A stretch of 64,000 bases of DNA from NCBI RefSeq assembly GCF_011386835.1, contig NC_088808.1:15810001-15874000 (forward strand), read 5' to 3'. This document shows, one piece after another, positions 52,582 to 64,000 of this stretch (position 1 is its first letter; every line of letters begins with the position of its first letter). The position numbers and the translations under genes are program-made. The notes under the pieces are model-generated. The model saw only the letters and a program-made list of their open reading frames with translations, made no database searches and had not been told where the DNA came from. The DNA is from Chrysemys picta bellii (taxonomy: Eukaryota).

Positions 52582-53254
52582 CTCCTGGGGGCATTCTGCG
52601 CCAAAACATTTAAAATGCTGTGCACAATATTTTAAAATTCTGAAATTTTAGTTGTCAAAATAACACTACATAATCATGCCAGTTTCAATTATTTTGGTAA
52701 TTTAGTTCAAAATACCTGTCCGCAAGTATGTCTGTAACAATACAGACACACACACAAATTCCCCCAGGAGCAGAGAGTTAAAGAACCCCCTATGACAACC
52801 CAGTTCCTGTTTCTCTGCCACCTTCCCCCCCACCCCACCCCACCCCCTGAGCCCAGCTTGGGGGGGGGGGGGGAGGGGACAGACACCCACAACCCCTCCC
52901 CCCCCCCCCCCGAGCCACCTACAGGGTCCCCCCCAGCCAATACACCCGAACCCCCTCCTCCCCAGAGCCCAACCACGGGGCCCACCCTTCCCGAGACAAA
53001 CCCCTTCCCCCCCACCCCAGGGATCCAGAAGGAGAAACAGCCTGATGCTCAGTCCCAGGCCTGCACAGAGTTTCCTGTGCGCTGCCCTCTCCTTCCCCCA
53101 GGGCATGCTGGGAACTGCAGTTGCCAGGAACCCTCTAGCTCCCTCTCCCTCCCCCCCAGCAGCCCATTTCTGTGGGAAAAAGGAAATTCTGCGCTTACAA
53201 CGTTCATTTCTTCAAAATTCTGCATTGCGCACTGGCGCAGAATTCCCCCAGGAG
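52582..53254. mobile_element. Non-autonomous DNA transposon, TA-flanked, 673 bp
   Basis: TIR CTCCTGGGGG(C/A)ATTCTGCGCC (20/21); TA at 52580-52581 and 53255-53256; C-rich interior. Superfamily uncertain. Confidence 0.85.
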
Positions 53255-53404
53255 TAACTGTAAAGTGAGAGGTTAAAGTGTCAGAGTTTATCTTGTTTCC
53301 CCACTGAGTCCTAGCTACTGTCATGTAGGATATTTTGTACTTTCACTTATCAAAGGATAAATAATTGGTGTGATGCTATTTCCCCGACTCTCTCTCATTA
53401 AAAG

Positions 53405-53572
53405 GCAGATCANNNNNNNNNNNNNNNNNNNNNNNNNNNNNNNNNNNNNNNNNNNNNNNNNNNNNNNNNNNNNNNNNNNNNNNNNNNNNNNNNNNNNNNN
53501 NNNNNNNNNNNNNNNNNNNNNNNNNNNNNNNNNNNNNNNNNNNNNNNNNNNNNNNNNNNNTCAGAACTACAG
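53405..53572 (+). CDS. PRRC2B: PRRC2B first coding exon, mostly hidden by an N gap
   Basis: Acceptor region tctctctcattaaaag|gcag|atca before the gap. After the gap tc aga act aca g|gtaagt gives (I)RTT-V, in phase with the next exon. ATG inferred inside the gap near 53458. Confidence 0.7.
53413..53560. other. Assembly gap (148 N)
   Basis: Run of n characters counted directly. Confidence 0.99.
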
Positions 53573-53613
53573 GTAAGTAATGCCAGAGACAAGCTAGTTA
53601 AGCTTTCTCTTGC

Positions 53614-54646
53614 AGGGTATGTCTTTACTGCAGCGTTAACTCAGTTGATTGGCCCCTGTGTGTGAGCAGCCACACTACAAAACCAAACTTGAGTTAATCT
53701 GTCCCCACTGGCGCTACACTCACCTGTGTATGTCGCTAGGACTTCTGAGGATATATCCCATGGCGCTTTGCTGCAGTAAGCTGCACTCTGATGGTTGCAT
53801 GTAAGATACAGGAGGCAATTGTCCCGCTCTGCTCAGCGCTGGTCAGGCCTCAGGTGGTGTATTTTGTCCAGTTTTGTCCACACTTTAAAAAAGATGTGAG
53901 CAAAGAGGAGGAGTCCAGAGGAGAGCAACAAAAATGATAAAAGATATAGAAAACCTGACCTCTGAGGAAAGCTTTAAAAAAAATCTGGGCCGGTTGAGTC
54001 TTGAGTAAAGAAGACTGAAGGGGGACCTGATGATGATCTTCACATATGTTAAGGGCTGTTATAAAGAGGATGGTGATAAATTGCTCTTCATGTCCCCTGA
54101 AGGTAGGACAAGAAATAATTGGCTTAATATGCAGCAAGGGAGATTTAAATTGGATATTAGGAAAAACTTTCAAACTCCTAAGGATGGTTAAATACTGGAA
54201 TAGTTTACCCAGGGAAGTTGTGGAATCCCTGTCATTGGAGGTTTTTAAGAACAGGTTAGACAAACACCTGTCAAGGATGGTCTGGGTATTCTTAATCCTG
54301 CCTGAGCACAGGGGACTGGACTAGATGACCTCTCAGGGTCTCATCCAGTCCTTTATTTTTATGGTTCTTTCCCAATTAGTTGTGGGAGAACTTGTCAGTT
54401 CTTTGGGCACATGGGGGAATTGTGGGAACGCATTGGAGGACTATCAGCACTCAAGCGGTTTAACCTGTGTCCTCACTGCAAAGTGAACTTGTTACAGTTC
54501 AATTAAAAGCCTCACTCAGGTTTTCGTCTACGCCCCAGGGCAGCTAGTCAGGATGTAAAGCAAACTAAACTCTGGCCAGAGATTTTTGTGTGTGGATTGG
54601 AGCTGGGTTAGGAGCCCAGGTGAACTCTGCAGTGAAAATATACCAG
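53614..54646. mobile_element. PIF/Harbinger-like non-autonomous element split by a CR1 insertion
   Basis: ggtatgtctttactgcag (53616-53633) vs ctgcagtgaaaatatacc (54627-54644), 15/18 inverted match. Confidence 0.55.
53801..54365 (+). mobile_element. CR1 LINE 3' fragment
   Basis: VIVPLCSALVRPQ...; VKYWNSLPREVVESLSLEVFKNRLDKHLSRMV; 3'UTR ggggactggactagatgacctctc. Confidence 0.92.
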
Positions 54647-54757
54647 AAGTGGGGATACTGAGGTCAGAAAACTGAAACTAATAGGCTGGGTTTATTCTGA
54701 ACTCAGTGTGGGATGGAAGAGTGGACAGAAGGAAGATTTTATCTCAATTTAGTAAAC

Positions 54758-54960
54758 TAGGTCTAGTGGTTAGAGCAGAGGGGACTTGGATCCAGGACTG
54801 CGGGCTTCTATTTCTAGGGCTACAGATGTGTGGCCTTGGACAAGCCACTCAACTCCTCTGTGCCTTTACTTAGAATTATCATCTCCATTTCAGAGCTATT
54901 TACCTACGCGATTATAGGTGATGAGACGTAATGCACTGTTTGGAAAGCACTGTGAGATCC
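54758..54960 (+). mobile_element. MIR-like CORE-SINE
   Basis: ggtctagtggttagagcag head; tgtggccttggacaagccactcaactcctctgtgcct core. Confidence 0.65.
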
Positions 54961-55426
54961 AACGGAGAGACAGGTTCAGTCCCAGCAAAGTTAACTGAGC
55001 CCTTCTTCCTGCTGGAGAAGATAAACTTGATGTTTTATGTGGTTTTCTAGATGAGGCTTTGGGCTAGAGCTTTAAATAAAAACCCACGGCCTTGTCTGAT
55101 CTGCATAGTTACTAACAATCCCAGGACACTTTCCAGAAGAGGAAGGTTTTTGCCTCTGTCCTTGGCCAATATCTCCTGTCTTGTCACTGTTGTGTTTGGG
55201 TTATGTGCCAGCTGATTGTCAGTCCACCACAGAGGTGACAGCATTGCAGTGGTTCTTTTGGAGGAGAGAGTCTGTATAAATATGAAGTACTAATGTTATA
55301 GAAGTGCATATTAGCATTGCTGTTGCAGTGTGATTCTGCAGGTTAGGATCAGATTTTGCCACCCTTACTTTCATTAAGTAGTATCTTACTCCTATTTGTC
55401 CCATTGAAACAAATGGGACTATTTGA

Positions 55427-55738
<312 letters not shown>

Positions 55739-55830
55739 TGAGCATTCTCTTTGGGCTTTACTAGTGACTTCTCCCCAGGTGGGATTGGTTACCATGTAGA
55801 TTTAAGAATACTGTTGGATTACTAGATCCA

Positions 55831-55933
55831 TAGAACCCTGCGTGTATACAAAATTTGTCTCTGAGTCCGATCTGCGATCCGCAAACATAGTCTGCGGATA
55901 GAAAGCAGATATCCACAGATTTTGATGGCTCTA
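55831..55933. mobile_element. hAT-type MITE, 103 bp
   Basis: tagaaccctgc...gatggctcta; TSD tagatcca / aagatcca (7/8). Confidence 0.75.
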
Positions 55934-56038
55934 AAGATCCAACCTCTCTTTTCATTCCTCTCAGCAGGAAGCACTCTGAATCAGTACTGAGCCAGTGCAC
56001 AAGCTTCATATGAGGGGTCACTGTATTGCTAGAGTTGA

Positions 56039-56254
<216 letters not shown>

Positions 56255-56639
56255 TGACCGATCATTGACCTCTGGAATGTTCTGCTGCTGTTAAATTATC
56301 AAATCTATAGGAAGAGTTCAGCTGAAACCTAGGGAAAATGGCTGAAATATAAGGAACTTGATTTGCATTTGTTAAGGCACTTTATTTTGGTTCTCATTTA
56401 AAGGTAGTTAGGTGACATCAGATCCAGTTGCTACTTCTAGCCAAAGGTTTCACTTGATAAGAAGTGATTTGGTTGCGCGTGACAAACAGCGAGTGTCAGG
56501 GCCTGAAAAATCCCCTAACAAGTGAGACGTTTCCCCCGCCAGTGAACGTTCAGACCTAACCCCTCTATAAGCTGCAGAATTTAAGCTTCTACTGTAGCTG
56601 AAAATTCCAAACCTGTGAGATTTTTGGAAAGTCAGGGCA

Positions 56640-57000
56640 GAAGAAGGGAGGTTGTTGGGTGTATGACAGAGAGTGAAAGTCTTCCAAGCATAAGATGTGG
56701 CGTAGAAGAAGGCTGAAAATTGAGTGGAAGAATGTGTGGGAAAAGTGGCAGAGAAGGGAGACTTTGGCAGAGGAACAGACTGAGAACAGGCAGAGGAAAT
56801 AGACAGGGAAGCCAGTGAAAGTATCCAAAGCAGGAGAAGTCAGGGTCCGAGCGAGGAAGAGGATTTTAACTGCAGCATTTTGGATAGATTGGAATGGGGG
56901 AGGTGCAGAGCGAGGAGGTGGCGATCTCAGTTGGAGGATTGGGGCACTAGCAGGATCTAGTAACATCTGGATTATACAGTGATCTGACCACGATGGCATT
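56640..57000 (-). mobile_element. L2 LINE 3' fragment
   Basis: Minus strand FQSIQNAAVKILFLAR...TGFPV resembles L2 ORF2 LQSIQNAAARIIFL...HWLPV. Confidence 0.55.
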
Positions 57001-57029
57001 GTCTTGTTTCACTTTCACCCAGAAGGTGA

Positions 57030-57152
<123 letters not shown>

Positions 57153-58553
57153 TAATGGAGCAGCGTATGTGCACACTGCTTTATAAACACACATGATGAG
57201 CTCTTTTCCATGATGCACACCCAGTCTAAAGGCTTGTCTAGACATAGGTAAACTTGCACTAGTATAACTACAATGAGGTCATTACTGTCTATGCTGTTAA
57301 TGGCTTCGGCTTGACTGAGGAGCCTGAAACCAAGGTAACATTTTGAGCAGAAAAATTAACTCCTTAAATTGGGATCTGGCTGATTGGGAATATGGCTGTT
57401 TTTATACGAGATGTAGGTTCTAGTTGCCATGAATATTGGTATTTAAGGCTCAGAAAGAATATCAGTAGGCCTGTGGCACTGAGCTTTTAACAGACCAGGA
57501 GCCACTAGCTCTTCAAATAAAATTGCAGAGTGTCTAAAGAATGAAATAGATTTAGAATGCAAAACGAGATGTAACAAGCTTATGAAAGCTGTCTCAAAGC
57601 TCAATCATCAAAGCAGAAGCTTACACTTGCCTGAGGTGACTACCAGCACAAATACATATTTAACCTTTGTATCTTTTTTTTTTTTTTTTTAAATTGCTGC
57701 TTTCTCTGAGATTGTTGCCATATGGACCCCATCTAGGGTAGGTTTTAAATCTGTGGGCCAAATTAGCATCTCCTAGAGAACTGTGGTCAAACATTGCCCT
57801 CTAAGAAAGTGCTAATGTGCTTTGAGAACTCAGTATAGATCAGGCCATTGTTAAGATACAGTACTTAAACCTGAGGAAAGAGCTACGTGCAGGGCTAAGA
57901 AGAGCTTAATTAGAGGATAATTGAATCAGAGAAATCAGGCTCCAAAGACTTATTAGGTCATCTTGTCCTCTGCACCTGTTCTGCAACCGCTTTGAGCAAT
58001 TGCATTTACAGTCTAGTTAAAGCAACAGTTTCCAGTATTAACAGCAAGGATTGAGATCTTTGCCCATTTGCTCATTTATTTTAGTTATTGTGTCTTCCTT
58101 AAAGATGTCATTTTTGTTGAAGCGTTGGGGGAAGGGGAGAATTTTGTAAATCGGTTGTACTGTAATACGGTATTTGAGTTATCAATTGGGATGTGAATGC
58201 TGAAACTGTATGTATTTCCTGTCCAAAGGAATCTTCAGGGAAGGATGTTTACACTGCATTGCACTTACCCCAGTGCAGTGCATGCTGGGGAATTAGGCTC
58301 CATGCCGTTGATACTGGCACACACACAATCCTTCTGTTGTGCAGCATTATCTGTTTGGGAAAAGTTTGCTCTCCCCCCTGCCCCCTTTTGCCGAGTCATA
58401 ATGTAAATCTGTCTTGAAAGATGCTAGTTAACCTTCGCTGTTCATGCTATTAGAATTCTCACTATTCAGACAGATCAGTGCAATAATGCAGTACAGTTGG
58501 GAACTTTGGTACTATAAATGTTTGAGATGTGACCCATCTCATACATTTTAAGA

Positions 58554-58846
58554 ACATAAGAACGGCCATACTAGGTCAGACCAAAGGTCCATCCAGCCCA
58601 GTATCCTGTCTGCCGACAGTGGCCAAGGCCAGGTGCCCCAGAGGGAGTGAACCTAACAGGTAATGATCAAGTGATCTCTCTCCTGCCATCCATCTCCACC
58701 CTCTGACAAACAGAGGCATGGGACACCATTCCTTACCCATCCTGGCTAATAGCCATTAATGGACTTAACCTCCATGAATTTATCTAGTTCTCTTTTAAAC
58801 CCTGTTATAGTCCTAGCCTTCACAACCTTCTCAGGCAAGGAGTTCT
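58554..58846 (-). mobile_element. 5'-truncated CR1 with 12-bp target-site duplication
   Basis: Antisense CR1 3' end (acataagaacggccatactaggtcagacc...); TACATTTTAAGA at 58542-58553 and 58847-58858. Confidence 0.92.
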
Positions 58847-60188
58847 TACATTTTAAGACTGATAACTTTTGCCAAATGTTTGTTTGGAAATGCTACGTAT
58901 AGTACGAACTTTTTTAACTGGAAACAATTTTCAACTATGGGATGAAGAACCACGATTTTGACCATGCAAGATCCTATGCTGTGAAACAGCATCTATGAAC
59001 ATGTTACAAAGTAACATTTTTTAAAACCGTCTCTCCAGAATTTAAAGGGACACTGTTAAAATAGGTTATGCTCTAAATTTTGCTAGTCTGTAAATGTTTT
59101 TTATGCTTTTACCAAAAGCGATAGAAATATTTTAATTTAAACTAATTTTTAAAGAAATTGTAAAGAAAATGGTAGGGTAGATTTTGTTTTGGCTTTTTTT
59201 TATTGGTTGTTTTTTTGTTTTTGATTTTTGGGGTTTTTTTTAATTGACTAATCCTCTCCGTTATTGGAAACCTGAACACAACAGCACTGACTTAATGTAT
59301 GAGTTCCAGAAAGTGAAACTGACTAAATAGGCCAATTTTGCTTCACTTTTCAGAGCAGAAATGGCAAAGATCTTCAGGTGTGTTTAATAAACACAGGTGG
59401 GGTGTGTAACATACAGTTTTGAAATGGGACTTTTTATTTGGACAATGCCCCTTTAGTGCAAGGAAACAGTTATCAAAACAAAGCACACACTACTCAACAG
59501 GCTCAGGATTTCTGTGCGTTAGTTACAAAATGACTTTCTGATGAAGTGTTCTTTAATATTGTGTACGGTTGTAATGCTGGCAGTTTTCTTCTACACAGTG
59601 TAATCTTGCGAATGGGTTTAGGATGAATTGCGGTTCACTGCTTTCTACTCACCATTGGATCTTTATAACAAACAAAAAGCCACCTTAGAGTTGCATTTTA
59701 TGATCGCTAGAGACTCAGCAGGGTAACTCTCCAGTAAGAATAACTGAACCTGGGCAGATTTGGTCAGTGATCTGTATCTTAATGCTATAAAGGAAGGCAG
59801 TATATGTACCACAGTGTAACACTTGATGCTTATTTATAACTTCTCACAGAGAACATTGCAGGGAGCATAACAACATAATTCTGCAGTGGACAAAGTTGGA
59901 GGAATCTGAATATAAATGTTTAGTGCTTCATAGCATTTCTGAAGTGAGCTTCCTGAATTTTCATTTCCAGTTCAGTGTGAATGAACATATTGTACAAAAA
60001 TAATCAGGGAGCTGCAGAACTTTAATTAGTTTTGTTGAACACAGGAATTTAAATGAAACCCATGCATTAGTAGTGGCTAGGTACTTCAGTATGGACGTGT
60101 ATTGTCATGTTAGCCACAGCCAGGCATGTCAATAACTAGTTAGCAAATGCTGAGGCAGGCAATAATTTGTGTTTGTGCTAGAAACTGA

Positions 60189-60455
<267 letters not shown>

Positions 60456-61051
60456 TAAATGGCAGCATATTGCTTTCCTGCCAGCCAGCCAGCCACAACC
60501 CTTCAGATCATTTTTTAAAAAAGTGGAGAAATGGCCCTCAGGCCAGTCTGCAGTAGTTTCGAATGCTTCCTCTCCCGTGTTGTCTGTCACTCCTACAGGC
60601 CTCCATGGTCTGTTTGTCTCCGCAAATAACGACAGAATCTTGGGGCTGAAATTGGGCACTTGAGTTCTGCAGGACAGACAGCTAAATATTTACTGTCATC
60701 TGCCTAATAATTACTTAAAAATTGCTCTTTGTGTGAGGGAAGAAGGTTATGTTGGGCAGTGGGATGCAAATGAAATATTGTATCAGTTCTGTTCCCTAAT
60801 GAACATTTGTCCGTAGCGCAAACTATCACTTAACTGTAGCAGCACTTTTGATAGGAAATACCCACTATTGGGATAGCAGAGATGGTGTAGGTCAGTATTT
60901 GGGCTCACTGACGGCTAGCTGCATGCGTAAGCTTGCACAGTCACTGCTGCAGCAATTCCTTAGTAACAGTTGATGCTATTAGTCTCTTCTATGAAATGTC
61001 TGTAAATTTTCCATTGTTCCTTGATTTGGTCTTTCTCTCCTTTGACATTAA

Positions 61052-61444
<393 letters not shown>

Positions 61445-61840
61445 TGATTGTAGGGTGTCACCGTTCCCACTCAAAGAAATTAATAGTGTGTGAGGGGGAA
61501 AAATGTTATGTCTGATTCTGCTAGCAGAGGCACCAAATTTCCAGATCCTCCCCTCCCAGGTATTGCTCTGGGCCGGCTGAGATCTCTTCCCTTATTTGTC
61601 TTGCCATTCCCATCTTGTAGATTTCTCTGACATTTGTCCTCAATAGCCAACATAAGTGCAACACTGATCCCCTCCATTCAGAAAGAAATGCCTGCGTCCG
61701 CTGAAAAGCCTCATTACCTCTCAACTGGCACGGGAAAGGATGGTGTCCAAGATGACACCATGCCTGCCAATCAGATAAATCTGAAATGTTCTCCCTCCCT
61801 TCCGAACCCCAGCACTAAAATGCCCTTGTAATATTAATAA

Positions 61841-62017
<177 letters not shown>

Positions 62018-62518
62018 TAAGGCCTCCAGAACGGACTCACTTGCAGAGGAAAATTAATATAGGATAAGTTCCTTATCTTATGCAAGAATCTTATGAAATG
62101 AGCCAGCCTGGTGGATAAAGCTGTATGCCTGGCTTCATTTAAAGCCTCAGTGTTTTGCTTCCTCTGCAGCAGGGTCAGGGAGTGTTACAGAGGCAGGGAG
62201 CTGAGCTTCCAGAAGATGAGCGAGTCCTGCACTTTGTTCAAGGAACAGAAGAACCTCAAAAGAAATCCTGTCCAGTCCTAGGTCATAAGGATGGTGTCTG
62301 TGACCTATAGGCATCCAGGAGGGGCTATTGGAGGCTCTATAATAAACAATGAGGGGAGAGGAGGGAGGATTTAAAGGGCAATAACAGTTGTTTGTAGGTT
62401 TGCTGCGTAAGCATGAGACACACAATGTAGCTTAAACTGGTGCATTGTTATAAATTGCAGGCATATAGATTCCCTGCGCTTTCCATCCTTCTCTCTTAAC
62501 CGGTGTTTGCAGCAATAA

Positions 62519-62749
<231 letters not shown>

Positions 62750-62841
62750 TAACCCCGCCATCCCAAAGAAAGACCCTATTCATTCCCATGCTCCCCTGCT
62801 CTCCACACAAAAGAGGAGGGTGTTCTATGCAGCTGGTGGTG

Positions 62842-62917
62842 GTGTAAATGATGGTACAATAGATCGTTCAGGTCCTCCCATCATGCTGTACTCAAGGAAC
62901 TGGATCTGAGGATTCAC
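62842..62917 (+). ncRNA. Candidate box C/D snoRNA, SNORD62-like, possibly degenerate
   Basis: C-like ATGATGG at 62848-62854, D box CTGA at 62906-62909, internal CAATAGATCGTTCAGGTCCTCC resembling human U62 as recalled. PRRC2B is the known SNORD62 host gene. Confidence 0.35.
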
Positions 62918-63247
62918 AAGCTTGATAACACCATGTGGCAGAAAGGGAACCGCTGGAGCTGATCTTCCCTTCTGGGAAGAGATGGAGTCAAAGTTAGCCG
63001 CAAATCCTGAGAGTCCCATCGTCTCAGTGCATGCAGCTGAAGTCTAGCTATGTATGATCTCGGGCACAGGATGCTTCATCTCCGTTTTCGTCCTCCCTGT
63101 CTGTAATGCATGCTACCAGTCTTCTGAAATCTGCCTGCGATTGAGATGTGTGGTCAAGACCTACACTGCTTGTTTTCGATAGTCCTAATAATAGTGCTGT
63201 GCTTGGACACTCAGTTTTTCTAAGTTGTGTCTGGTTTATGCCTATAG

Positions 63248-63427
<180 letters not shown>

Positions 63428-63587
63428 TAAGAGGTGTCTGTCTGACATTCCATTGGTGCTGTGTTCATACCTTTGGTTTCTCTTTCAACAAGTGTAAAAA
63501 TTATCATAGGCTATTTAAAATTTGTTCTAATCATCAACTGTATGGTATAACCTCATGGATTCCACTTTTCAAAATCTATGTTGAGAC

Positions 63588-63808
63588 AGCTTTGTGGCAT
63601 AGATAGGATACGTGACTGGGCGCCAGGAGACCTGTGTTCTGTTCCTTGTTATGCCACTGACGAGCCTTGTGACCTTGGGCAAGTTACTTCATCTTTGTGT
63701 ACCTCATTTCTTCCATCTGTAAAAATGGTGGCTTTAATACTTACACATCTTTACAAAGCGTTTTGTGATCTACGGATGAAAAGCCCAATATACGTGTCAA
63801 GTATTTTT
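63588..63808 (+). mobile_element. MIR-like CORE-SINE
   Basis: ccaggagacctg...tgtgaccttgggcaagttacttc...cctcatttcttccatctgtaaaaatgg. Confidence 0.75.
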
Positions 63809-63945
63809 GTTTGTTGGATTCTCTAGTCCCTCTTTCCATTGTATTGTAGCTCGTATAACAAGCCTTCTTATGACTTGATGAATGAGTTGAAAATGTGTTT
63901 TGAGATTATTTGGAAATGGTAATATCAATGGCATTTGTACAACAG

Positions 63946-64000
63946 GAACAGCTGGGACCCCAGAAGGCAGCGACAGCTGTCCCTGAGCTCTGCAGACAGT
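63946..64000 (+). CDS. PRRC2B: PRRC2B coding exon, continues past the window end
   Basis: aacag| (W)NSWDPRRQRQLSLSSADS, phase consistent with the previous exon. Confidence 0.93.

Noticed and set aside
57193-57327. Possible C/D snoRNA (ATGATGA ... CTGA)
   Set aside because: No terminal stem, long spacing and no recognisable guide.
62275-62350. Possible H/ACA snoRNA hairpin
   Set aside because: One hairpin only; H and ACA boxes are not in the required positions.

Overview
Vertebrate genomic DNA, most likely turtle (inferred from the CR1, Penelope, hAT and CORE-SINE repeat types). The window holds the last coding exon of PLPP7 (+, 1148-1512), about 33 kb of transposon-rich intergenic DNA, and the 5' part of PRRC2B (+). 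PRRC2B has a CpG-island promoter near 34.9-35.9 kb, an intron of about 18 kb, then coding exons from about 53.4 kb to the window end. The PLPP7-PRRC2B order matches human 9q34. Main observations: (1) a 148-N gap covers almost exactly the first coding exon of PRRC2B, including the expected ATG; (2) PRRC2B has a GC-AG intron; (3) Penelope-like elements carry minimal hammerhead ribozyme motifs, one with an intact core on the sense strand of the PRRC2B intron; (4) an RPS11 retrocopy with an open frame sits inside an LTR-like repeat; (5) a hAT element is built from two copies of the same transposon end; (6) a decayed hAT-Tip100 transposase is missed by the ORF track; (7) a SNORD62-like C/D motif lies in a PRRC2B intron. 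Family names and ortholog comparisons come from recalled motifs, not searches, and repeat boundaries without a target-site duplication (TSD) are approximate. No tRNA, rRNA or CRISPR was found. Almost all ORFs in the supplied track are spurious. I found no convincing wholly new system.
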